NCBI GenBank assembly: GCA_004283055.1
Contig: SHLP01000003.1
Location: 35,282-99,281, forward strand
Length of the DNA: 64,000 nt
DNA from: Deltaproteobacteria bacterium
Lineage (GTDB): Bacteria > Myxococcota_A > Polyangia > Polyangiales > Houyiibacteriaceae
Direction of reading: 5' to 3'
In this document: one piece after another, positions 20,651-28,988 of the stretch
Layout of the letters: the number at the start of each line of letters is the position of its first letter
Numbering within the stretch: the first letter of the stretch is position 1
The notes under the pieces: model-generated
What the model was told of the DNA's origin: nothing
Database searches by the model: none
Seen by the model: only the letters and a program-made list of their open reading frames with translations
Made by a program: the position numbers and the translations under genes

Positions 20651-20857
20651 TGGCCGGTCCTTTCCTCTGCGATGTGTCCGAGGGGGCAGAAGCCTACCCC
20701 GTTTTGGCGTTCCCTGGGTTTCAAGCCACTGAGGTCGTTGCGGTGCTCTTTACAGCTTCACACGGCCTAGCCTGAACCCTGTTCCACTATCATACGCTCG
20801 GGAAGGGTCAAGCGCCTCTCAAACCTGCTTTTCAGGCGCTTCTGGGCTCTAGCAGGC

Positions 20858-20877
20858 TTTGTAAATTTGCGGTAAAC
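20858..20877. promoter_or_regulatory. Candidate ScfR/RamB/PrpR-family operator
   Basis: TTTGTAAA followed by TTTGCGGT in the ecm/regulator divergent gap; the known family motif is TTTGCAAA. Confidence 0.4.
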
Positions 20878-20884
20878 GAATCGA

Positions 20885-22390
20885 ATGGCCGAGACCAATG
20901 CAGCGATGGGACAGCGTCTGCGGGAGCTTCGGCTTCGTCGGGGCCTTCAGCAGAGCGAGGTCGCGCGGCGCCTCAAGATCTCACCTGCCTACCTGAGCCT
21001 CATCGAGAAGGGCAAGCGCGTCGTGCAGCTGCCGCTGCTATTTCAGGCGCTGGAGCTCTACGACGTGGCGGTCGAGGATTTCATGGCGAGTCTCGGCGAG
21101 CGCCGCGTCGACGACGGCCTTGCTCGTCTCATCGACGATCCGCTGCTTCGCTCACTCGACCTGAGCGAGGAAGACCTCGCGAGCATGAGCGCCGAGCCGC
21201 GCATGATGGCTACGATTACGGCGCTGTTCAACCTGTACAAGAACACCCGCAGCCAGCTCGACCACGTCTTGACGAGCCTTGCGGAAAGGGAGCAGCAGGC
21301 AGACGAGGGCGCCGTTCGCTTCGACTACAATCCGTATGACGAAGTGACGGACTTCCTCGAGCAGAACCACAACTGGTTCGAACAGCTCGAGGAACGCGCG
21401 CAGCAGTTTCGGCGCGACTGCGCGTTTGGTCGCCGCGTGACGAGCGAGGATCTCGAGCGTGGACTGTTCGACCAGGTCGGCGTTCGCGTACTTCGGATCC
21501 CCGAGCGGTCCAGCAGCTCCGTCATCCGGACTTGGAACGCCGATGAGCGTGTCCTCACGGTTTCCAATGACCTCTTCGAACAGCGATTGAAGTTCCAGCT
21601 CGCGCACACAGTCGCCCTCGCACTATTCGACGAGGAGAAGCTGCACGAGCCCATCCTCGAAGGATACCGCGGCCAGCACGCCGAAACTCGCAAGCTGATC
21701 AAGATCCACCTCGCGAACTACTTTGCTGGTGCTTTGTTGCTTCCCTATCCAGAATTCTACCGCGACGTGACCAGCACTCGGCACGACGTCGAGCTGCTCG
21801 CGCAGCTGTTCGAGTCCTCGTACGAGACTGTTGCGCACCGCATGTGCAATTTGTCCGATCCGCGTCGCCGCGGCGTGCCCATGCACTTCTTGCGCGTCGA
21901 CGTTGCGGGCAACATCTCGAAGCGATACTCCGGCGATGGCATTCGGTTTCCGCACCAAGGTGGGTCGTGCCCGAAAATGGCGGTGCACTTGGCGTTTCTC
22001 ACGCCGAGCGTCATCAGCAAGCAGTACTCGGCGTTTCCGGACGGTTCGACCTATTTCTGCTTTGCAAAGGTCGTTAGCGAGCCTCAGCAGGGGTCGCTGG
22101 TCAAGGGCACGACGTACAGCATCGGCCTCGGCACCCACGCAGACAACGCGAAGCACTTCGCCTATGCCGACGACCTGCCCTTCGCGGACCCGAAAAAGAT
22201 GGCTGTGCCCGTCGGAACGACCTGCACGTTCTGCGAAAGGACCGACTGCAACATGCGTTCGGCGCCGAGCTACAAATTCGCCTTCCGCGTCGACGAGTGC
22301 ACCAAGAAAGACAACTTCTTCTCGCCGCTGGTGCGGGGGGACGCCGTGCGTGAAAAGCAGAAGCCAGCTCGCCGCAAGCCATCGGCATGA
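20885..22390 (+). CDS. Short-chain fatty acyl-CoA regulator (XRE HTH, RamB/PrpR/PccR family)
   Basis: N-terminal HTH (ISPAYLSLIEKGKR), ANYFAGALLLPY, SYETVAHR, RVDVAGNISKR, GGSCP and C-terminal CxxCxxxxC (CTFCERTDC). Confidence 0.9.
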   Translation: MAETNAAMGQRLRELRLRRGLQQSEVARRLKISPAYLSLIEKGKRVVQLPLLFQALELYDVAVEDFMASLGERRVDDGLARLIDDPLLRSLDLSEEDLASMSAEPRMMATITALFNLYKNTRSQLDHVLTSLAEREQQADEGAVRFDYNPYDEVTDFLEQNHNWFEQLEERAQQFRRDCAFGRRVTSEDLERGLFDQVGVRVLRIPERSSSSVIRTWNADERVLTVSNDLFEQRLKFQLAHTVALALFDEEKLHEPILEGYRGQHAETRKLIKIHLANYFAGALLLPYPEFYRDVTSTRHDVELLAQLFESSYETVAHRMCNLSDPRRRGVPMHFLRVDVAGNISKRYSGDGIRFPHQGGSCPKMAVHLAFLTPSVISKQYSAFPDGSTYFCFAKVVSEPQQGSLVKGTTYSIGLGTHADNAKHFAYADDLPFADPKKMAVPVGTTCTFCERTDCNMRSAPSYKFAFRVDECTKKDNFFSPLVRGDAVREKQKPARRKPSA

Positions 22391-22396
22391 TATCAT
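22388..22396 (+). promoter_or_regulatory. Possible extended -10 promoter for yajQ-pheA
   Basis: TG-A-TATCAT inside palindrome ATGATATCAT (22387-22396), upstream of GGAGGT and the yajQ start. Confidence 0.3.
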
Positions 22397-22414
22397 CCTG
22401 AATCGGAGGTGAAG

Positions 22415-22900
22415 ATGCCGTCGTTCGATGTCGTTTCCAAGGTCGAGCAGCATGAAGTCGATAATGCGCGCAACCAGGCGAGCAAGGAGATCGCTCAGCG
22501 ATACGATTTCAAAGGCACGGAGAGCTCAATCGAGCAGACCGAAGAAGGAATCGTGATCCGGTCCAATAGCGAGGGTCGGGTCGACGCCGCCCGCGACGTG
22601 CTCGAGAGCAAGATGGTTCGCCGACAGGTGTCCTTGAAGTCGCTCGACCCTCAGACGCCGCAGCAAGCGGGCGGCCAAATGTGGCGTCAGCTCATCAAGC
22701 TCAAAGAAGGAGTCTCCAAAGAGAAGGCGAAGCAGATCGTCAAGGCCATCAAGGACAGCAAGCTCAAAGTCCAGGCTTCCATTCAGGGCGACGCCGTGCG
22801 CGTCTCGGGGAAGAAGCGCGATGACCTACAGGAGACGATTGCTTTCCTGAAAGAGCAGGACTTCGACCTTCCGCTTCAGTATGTGAACTTCCGGGACTGA
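22415..22900 (+). CDS. yajQ: YajQ family nucleotide/c-di-GMP-binding protein
   Basis: MPSFDVVS...RYDFKG...KVQASIQGDAVRVSGKKRDDLQ...LPLQYVNFRD. Confidence 0.95.
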   Translation: MPSFDVVSKVEQHEVDNARNQASKEIAQRYDFKGTESSIEQTEEGIVIRSNSEGRVDAARDVLESKMVRRQVSLKSLDPQTPQQAGGQMWRQLIKLKEGVSKEKAKQIVKAIKDSKLKVQASIQGDAVRVSGKKRDDLQETIAFLKEQDFDLPLQYVNFRD

Positions 22901-22911
22901 GGCAGAACGCG

Positions 22912-23775
22912 TTGGCGCAGAATAAAAACGAGCTGCGGGTCGGCTATCAGGGCAGCGAAGGTGCGTATAGCGAGCTCGCAGCGAAGCAGCATTTCGCGGG
23001 CGCCGACCAGCCGCTTCGCTGCATCGGCTACCACAGCTTTCGTCAGATGCTCGAGGCGCTCAAAGCCGGGAAGCTCGACTACGCCGTGCTTCCCATCGAG
23101 AACTCGATCGCAGGCTCTATCAACGAAAGCTACGACCTGCTCGCAAAGATGGGACTTTCTCTCGTCGGCGAAGAGTTCCAGCCCATCGCGCACTGCCTCA
23201 TCGGCGCAGCGGAGGTGGCGGTCAGCGACATACGCCGCGTGTTCTCCCATCCGGTGGCCTTGGCGCAGTGCGGAGGGTTTTTGGAAGCCCTCCAGGACTG
23301 CCATGTCGAAGCCTTTGCGGATACCGCGATGTCGGTGGCCAAAGTGAAGCAGGACGCCGATCCGACGCAAGCGGCCATCGCGAGCGAACAGGCCGCTGCA
23401 TTGCACGGCTTGCCTATCCTGCGCAGGGAAATCGCCGACCATCCGGAGAACTTCACACGGATGGTGATCGTCGCATCCGAGCCTGCGCACTACGAGCCGG
23501 GGGTTCCCTGCAAGACCTCATTGGTTTTTTCGACCATCCACGAACAAGGCGCGCTCGCCCGGTGTATCGCCATCTTTGCCGAACGCGGCTTGAACCTCAC
23601 CAAGATCGAGTCTCGCCCCAAGCCGGACACGCCCTTCGAGTACGTCTTTTACGTCGACTTCGAGGGCAATATCGATCGCGAAACGACGCAAGAGGCGCTC
23701 GAGGACCTCAAAGAAGTGACCACCTTTTTGACGGTGCTCGGGTCGTACCCCACGCGGCGCGCTGGCCTTAGCTAG
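22912..23775 (+). CDS. pheA: Prephenate dehydratase (monofunctional, ACT domain)
   Basis: YQGSEGAYSE, LPIENS, SHPVALAQC, NFTRM, NLTKIESRP. Confidence 0.92.
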   Translation: MAQNKNELRVGYQGSEGAYSELAAKQHFAGADQPLRCIGYHSFRQMLEALKAGKLDYAVLPIENSIAGSINESYDLLAKMGLSLVGEEFQPIAHCLIGAAEVAVSDIRRVFSHPVALAQCGGFLEALQDCHVEAFADTAMSVAKVKQDADPTQAAIASEQAAALHGLPILRREIADHPENFTRMVIVASEPAHYEPGVPCKTSLVFSTIHEQGALARCIAIFAERGLNLTKIESRPKPDTPFEYVFYVDFEGNIDRETTQEALEDLKEVTTFLTVLGSYPTRRAGLS

Positions 23776-26092
23776 CCAGCGCTTCGGCGACTCCAGCGAT
23801 GCGGTCGGCATCCGTGTCCAAGCCGGCCGCGAGGCAGGTCGCGGAAACCATCTTCAACGAGGCTGCTTCACCCGGGCCGTCCTCTTGCGTTCGAGCGGCG
23901 GCCAGCGCTTCGAGAGAGTCGATCATCGCGTCGTATCGGTGACCGCGCACGAGCTGCAGGCACGCCGAAGCAATGGAAACCCGAATTTCTGCGCCCGGTT
24001 CTCGATTGGCGCTGCTCCTCGCAGACTCGAGCGCCTCCGCGGCGGCCTCCATGTTACCGCGACTGATGTACGAGATGACGCGCAGGCAATGGGCCGCCGT
24101 GAGGTCTCCACCTGCTGCTATGGCTGAGTCGATCAGAGCATCGAACTGCTGGTGATCATGGTTCTTGAGGACCTGGACGAGCGCTTCGGTCGTGTTCTCC
24201 AGGGCCGCCTCGGGAACGGGCATGGTAGGCCGATCGTCGTCGAGGTCCGGCGGTGGAACGCTGGGCAGGCGGACCGCTTTGCTGATTTCCGAGGCCGCAG
24301 AGCGGGTATCGGGGTCGGGCTGGTACTGAACGGCGGCGGCAGCGAGCCGGACCGCGGAGGCCGTGTAACCGAGGTTCGCCGCAAGCGACCCCGCTTCCAA
24401 AATCGCCTGCGTGCCTAGTTCTAGATCGCCGCCTTCGCAGAGATACGCGCCCACCGTCGCTGCCATGGAAGGGCCTACCAGGGGTTCGGCGGTGTGCAGC
24501 GCTTCGGCGACGAACCGGTACACCTCGCTTCGTCGGGCCGGCGGCATGCGTTGAACGACCGCCCTGCGCAGGAGCTCGGATGTCGGCTTTCCCTGTGGCG
24601 TCAGCAGGCTGTCGTTGACCAGCGCCTCTAGGCAGCGACGTCGCGTGCTCTGTGGGATGCCGTCGAGGCCGACCGCCGCGTCGATGACCTGCCCCGAGGA
24701 AGCCGGCAGCGCGGTGCAGGCGACTTCGAGGTAACGCATCGATGACGTATCGAGCGTTGCAAATCTCTCTTCGAGTAGCGCGCGCGGCCCGAGATATTGA
24801 CGCCGCTCGGCGGCCTTTTCGCGCCAGACGAAGCCATTGCCGTCGTGCACCAAGTCCCCCGTCGCTACCATGGTACGGGCCGCTTCCCCGATGCCGAGCA
24901 CGCTCGTGCCGCCGGTGATCACGAGCTGCTTGGCAATTTCCATGTCTGCCTCGACGCCGAGTATCCCTGCTGCGACCACGAGTGCTTCGCTCGGATCGAT
25001 TGCCGGAAGCTCGATGCGAACGGACTTCCGGAGCGAGCGGAGCCCCGCAGGAACCGTCGACTCGGTCGTTCGAATACACATCAGCGCGGCGACGCTCTCA
25101 TCGGAGAGGGCGGCCCCGAGCACCCAGAGCGTTGCCGGATCGAGCGCCGAGATGCGATCGGCGTAGATCCACGGAAGCCCCCGCTCACTGCGCAGCGAAC
25201 GAAGCAGCACCTTGAGCGCGTGAATGGTCGCTTCTCGGGGAGGAGGCGTCGCGCACGCGATGGCTTTGATCGCATTGGCGACTTCGGGCTCGGTTTGTTT
25301 CAGCCGTTGCCGGGTGGGCTCGAGCGTTCGCCAGGCTTTGACGAGCGCGAGTCGAAGCCCTCCAAGCGGCTCGAGCCCTCCTGGCACGGCGCCGACTTCG
25401 AGAAACGCCGGCGGGCGGAGCTCTTCGCGCAGCGCGAAGACCGCGTTGCGCGCACCGATACCGAGCGGACCCTGCAAGTAGAACGCGGCGGACGTCCCTC
25501 CTGCAGCGGCCTCCTTGATGGGCTCGAAGGCATGGCGAACGCTCGCCGGCACCGGAGCTGGGGAGAGCAGTCCGACCGCCTGTCGGCATTGCTCGACGAG
25601 CGGGCGGCTTCGATCGATCGCTTCGCCCTGCAGGGCGAAGGAGTTTGTGGAGACCGAGCGCCCGAAGAGGTACGTCCGCGATGCGGCCTCGCGGGACTCG
25701 ACGTCCAGCACCACTTCTCCAGCGTGTGCTTGGTTCGCTAACAGCTGTGCGCGATCGATCGCGCCGCCACTATTCGTGGGTCGGCCTAGGTCGTCGGCCG
25801 CCTTGTGAATTTCACCGGTAGCGATGCCGAACGCGATGGGGAGCCCACGGGCTGGCACGGGCTGCGATTCCGCTTCTGCGAGCAGGCGGAGGGCGAGGTT
25901 GATCGCGGACTTGAGCTCGTGAAGGGCGAAATGGGCGACTACCGTACCGGCAAGAGAGGACATCACCTCCCCGCCAGCATTCTTTACTTCGTTCGTGACG
26001 TAGCGGGCCCACTGACCGGCCGCCGCGGTGGTCTCCTCCTCTTCGAAGGCGGGCGGGAGGATTCTGTGCCAGAGGACGAAACGTTCCATCAC
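23768..26092 (-). CDS. Multidomain protein: degenerate class III cyclase-like + degenerate P-loop/AAA + helical/TPR
   Basis: FGIATGEI and GGAIDRAQLLANQAHAGEVVLD are cyclase-like; FYLQGPLGIGAR is a P-loop remnant; helical C-terminus. Confidence 0.6.
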   Translation of the reverse strand: MMERFVLWHRILPPAFEEEETTAAAGQWARYVTNEVKNAGGEVMSSLAGTVVAHFALHELKSAINLALRLLAEAESQPVPARGLPIAFGIATGEIHKAADDLGRPTNSGGAIDRAQLLANQAHAGEVVLDVESREAASRTYLFGRSVSTNSFALQGEAIDRSRPLVEQCRQAVGLLSPAPVPASVRHAFEPIKEAAAGGTSAAFYLQGPLGIGARNAVFALREELRPPAFLEVGAVPGGLEPLGGLRLALVKAWRTLEPTRQRLKQTEPEVANAIKAIACATPPPREATIHALKVLLRSLRSERGLPWIYADRISALDPATLWVLGAALSDESVAALMCIRTTESTVPAGLRSLRKSVRIELPAIDPSEALVVAAGILGVEADMEIAKQLVITGGTSVLGIGEAARTMVATGDLVHDGNGFVWREKAAERRQYLGPRALLEERFATLDTSSMRYLEVACTALPASSGQVIDAAVGLDGIPQSTRRRCLEALVNDSLLTPQGKPTSELLRRAVVQRMPPARRSEVYRFVAEALHTAEPLVGPSMAATVGAYLCEGGDLELGTQAILEAGSLAANLGYTASAVRLAAAAVQYQPDPDTRSAASEISKAVRLPSVPPPDLDDDRPTMPVPEAALENTTEALVQVLKNHDHQQFDALIDSAIAAGGDLTAAHCLRVISYISRGNMEAAAEALESARSSANREPGAEIRVSIASACLQLVRGHRYDAMIDSLEALAAARTQEDGPGEAASLKMVSATCLAAGLDTDADRIAGVAEALAS

Positions 26093-26101
26093 GCTGACCG
26101 G

Positions 26102-26782
26102 CTAGCCGCCGAGCTTGGCCTTGAGAGCTGCGAGCTCGTCGTCGACGTCGTCTTTCCCTTCCTCGGACTCCAACGCTCGAAAACGCTCGTCCATTTCGGC
26201 GCGCTTGGGGTCATCCAGCACTTCGTGGGCCTCGACTTCCGCATCCAACTGGTCAATCTGGTCGGCCATGCGGTCCAGGTCGGCGAACGCACCACCGCCA
26301 AGGCGATCGCCACTGCTCAGCTCAGGGTCTGGCTCCTGAGCCCGCGCGTCGCGCACTTGAGCGGCTAGTGTCTTTTGCCTGGCTTTGAGGTCGTCGAGCT
26401 TATCCTCGACGCGTTCGAGCTGAGCCTTCATCGCGTCGGCTGCGCTTGCTTGCGCTGCTGACCGCGCTCGGACCTGCTTCGCCTCTTCGAGTGCGTGCGC
26501 TTTCCGACGGAGAGCCTCTCGGGCGAGATCGTCGTCGTCTTGCTCGAGCGCAAGGATCGCTTTTTGTTCCCAGTCGCTCGCCTCTTGCTCGAGATCCCTC
26601 TGCTTCTTCTCGAGCCGTTTCGCGTTGCCCAATGCCCCGATGAGGTCTTTGCGCGCGCGCTTCAGCGCCGATTTCATGTCGGTCACGGTCTGACCGATCA
26701 TTTTGTCCGGATCCTCCGCCTGGTCGATCAGAGCGTTCAGATTGGATTTGATCACCCGGTTCAGCCGACTGAAGATACCCAT
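26102..26782 (-). CDS. pspA: PspA/IM30 family protein
   Basis: MGIFSRLNRVIKSNLNALIDQAEDP, DDLAREALRRK, coiled coil, VDDELAALKAKLG. Confidence 0.93.
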   Translation of the reverse strand: MGIFSRLNRVIKSNLNALIDQAEDPDKMIGQTVTDMKSALKRARKDLIGALGNAKRLEKKQRDLEQEASDWEQKAILALEQDDDDLAREALRRKAHALEEAKQVRARSAAQASAADAMKAQLERVEDKLDDLKARQKTLAAQVRDARAQEPDPELSSGDRLGGGAFADLDRMADQIDQLDAEVEAHEVLDDPKRAEMDERFRALESEEGKDDVDDELAALKAKLGG

Positions 26783-26880
26783 ACTCCCCCTACTGAGATC
26801 ACGATCCCACGCCGGGAGCCCTCTGTAAAGGGACTGAGGTTTCTCGACTTCCGGCTTCCGTCTATGCTAGCTGGGGGGAT

Positions 26881-27846
26881 ATGTTGAAGGGGGCACACGT
26901 CCTGATTACAGGGGGTGCGGGGTTCATTGGAACCGCGCTGGCTGCACGTCTGGCGGACGACAACCGCGTTCGCGTGCTCGATATTTTGCGCCGGAATGCG
27001 CTTTCGAAGGCTGGCCTCGACCGGCATCCGAACGTGGAGCTGGTCGTCGGCGATGTCCGCGATTTGACGGCCGTTCGCCGCGCCGTGACCGGCTGCGACT
27101 ACGTCATTCACATGGCCTCGATCGCAGGCGTCGACACGGTCTTGAAAAACCCGGTCATGACGATGGAGATCTCGCTCGAAGGAACGATGAACGTTCTTCG
27201 CGCCGCCAACGACTGCACCGGCATCAAGCGGGTCATCGACTTCTCCACGAGCGAAGTCTTTGGCTCCTACGCGTTTCGCGTCCGGGAGGCCGACGTGACG
27301 AGCCTTGGCGCAGTCGGGGAAGCGCGGTGGACGTACGCGGTCAGCAAGCTTGCAACCGAGCACCTCGCACACAACTACTGGAAGCAGTTCAAGTTGCCGA
27401 CCGTTTCGATCCGCCCTTTCAACATTTTCGGACCTGGCCAAGTTGGCGAGGGCGCGGTCCACGCCTTCGTGGTGCGCGCCCTGCAGGACGAAAAAATCCT
27501 CATCCACAACGAGGGCGACCAGATTCGATCCTGGTGTTACATCGACGATATCGTCGACGCGATCGAGCTCGCGATGGAGCGAGACGAGGCCGTCGGTGAG
27601 AGCTTCAACATCGGCAACCCTCGAAGCACGGTCACGATCTACCAGCTCGCGCGGCTCATCGTCCGGTTGACCGAGAGCAAGTCCCCCATCGAGTTCGTCG
27701 ACTGGGACTTCCCCGACGTCGAGCTTCGTATTCCGGATGTGAAAAAGGCGGAGGAGCTCCTCGGCTTCCGCGCACACGTCGAGCTCGAACAAGGGCTCCT
27801 CGACACCATCGAATGGTACCGGCGCAAGCTCGTCGGCGAGGCCTGA
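26881..27846 (+). CDS. NAD-dependent epimerase/dehydratase (UDP-glucuronate decarboxylase-like)
   Basis: GGAGFIG, STSEVFG, RWTYAVSK, RPFNIFGP, RSWCYIDD. Confidence 0.88.
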   Translation: MLKGAHVLITGGAGFIGTALAARLADDNRVRVLDILRRNALSKAGLDRHPNVELVVGDVRDLTAVRRAVTGCDYVIHMASIAGVDTVLKNPVMTMEISLEGTMNVLRAANDCTGIKRVIDFSTSEVFGSYAFRVREADVTSLGAVGEARWTYAVSKLATEHLAHNYWKQFKLPTVSIRPFNIFGPGQVGEGAVHAFVVRALQDEKILIHNEGDQIRSWCYIDDIVDAIELAMERDEAVGESFNIGNPRSTVTIYQLARLIVRLTESKSPIEFVDWDFPDVELRIPDVKKAEELLGFRAHVELEQGLLDTIEWYRRKLVGEA

Positions 27847-27847
27847 G

Positions 27848-28945
27848 ATGTCCGATCGTCCTCCGCAGGTCTATGACTTGTCCGCGGCGCGTCCGGACGG
27901 TTGGTTCGACGAGGTGCTCAAGCAGTCCAAGGACTTCGACGCCGCCTGCAAGATCATCGGCCGGAACACGCTGGGCCTCGCTCTCATTGCCGGCGCCCGC
28001 ATTTTGAGCCTCACGGCCAACCCGCACACGCAGAGCTTGACCACGGTCGAGTTCTCTCTCGGACAAGATGCGACGGTCCGGCAGGTCCCGCTCCCGGAGT
28101 TTCGCGAAGCCATCGCGCGTGCTTTGCTGAACCCGCTGCAGAATCAGGGCCTTCCCGAAAATGCGGACGTCGAGACGATTCAAGCGCACATCGGTGGGCG
28201 CTATTTGCTCGAGGCGAGCTTGTTCTTCGTGACCCCGCTCGAGCTTCGACACGATCTCGGCCTTTCCGAGATCGAGGTGCAGTTCAACGAGGTCCAGCAC
28301 GTCTTGAGCCTCGAGGATTTCAGGGAGGTTCTCGATGAGCGGGTGCGCTCCGAGCTCGGGCTCGACCAGCCAAGCCAGCCGTCGATCGACCTCGCCGTCG
28401 TCGACCAGGCCGAGGTGGCCAACGCCCACGGCAACTGGGGTGCGACGATTGCCATGCTCAACCCTTGGCTGACCCCGATCGCCATGCTGATGCGAACGGG
28501 GGAGTCGGAGGGTCTCCCTCAAGACGTACACCAACGTCTGTCGATGAGCCTCGATCTTCTCGGCACGGCCTACGCCAAGATTGGCGAGCTCGATGCGGCC
28601 AACGAGGTCCTCCGTCTCGGGGTGCAGTGGGCCGGCGAATCCGGCCAGGCAGCCACGCTTTATCTCGCCCTCGGCCGCGCGTCGCTCGCACGGGAGAAAC
28701 ACGGTGAGTCGATTGGCCTTCTGCGGCGCGCGATTCGGCTGGGTGCCGAGGAACGTGAAGCACTGCCGCTCTTGGCTCGATCGTTGGCGGCTCGAGACCA
28801 GCTCCTGGCGGCCATGGTGTGCGTGGAGCGCGCCCGGGAGCTGGGCGCCGATTTCGAGGACCTGAAGTCGCTTCGTGATGCGCTTCAGACCCAGCTCGGC
28901 GACGCCTGGCCTCGCTTTCAGGCCATGACGAACGGCGCCGAGTAG
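27848..28945 (+). CDS. Hypothetical protein with C-terminal TPR repeats
   Basis: Coding-like codon use; starts 1 nt after the epimerase stop; TPR-like helices (LLGTAYAKIGELDAA, LYLALGRASL). Confidence 0.7.
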   Translation: MSDRPPQVYDLSAARPDGWFDEVLKQSKDFDAACKIIGRNTLGLALIAGARILSLTANPHTQSLTTVEFSLGQDATVRQVPLPEFREAIARALLNPLQNQGLPENADVETIQAHIGGRYLLEASLFFVTPLELRHDLGLSEIEVQFNEVQHVLSLEDFREVLDERVRSELGLDQPSQPSIDLAVVDQAEVANAHGNWGATIAMLNPWLTPIAMLMRTGESEGLPQDVHQRLSMSLDLLGTAYAKIGELDAANEVLRLGVQWAGESGQAATLYLALGRASLAREKHGESIGLLRRAIRLGAEEREALPLLARSLAARDQLLAAMVCVERARELGADFEDLKSLRDALQTQLGDAWPRFQAMTNGAE

Positions 28946-28988
28946 TCGCTTTACATTGGCTCCGAGGCTTCGTACCGTAGCCGCTCGG

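Noticed and set aside
20725-20828. Cobalamin riboswitch-like fragments (GCCACTG 20725, GGGAAGG 20800, AACCTGC 20822) beside a B12-dependent mutase gene
   Set aside because: The 5' core (GGGAA..GGTG.AA.TCC) and a proper B12 box are missing, and the orientation is away from ecm. An Infernal search with the Rfam cobalamin models would settle it.
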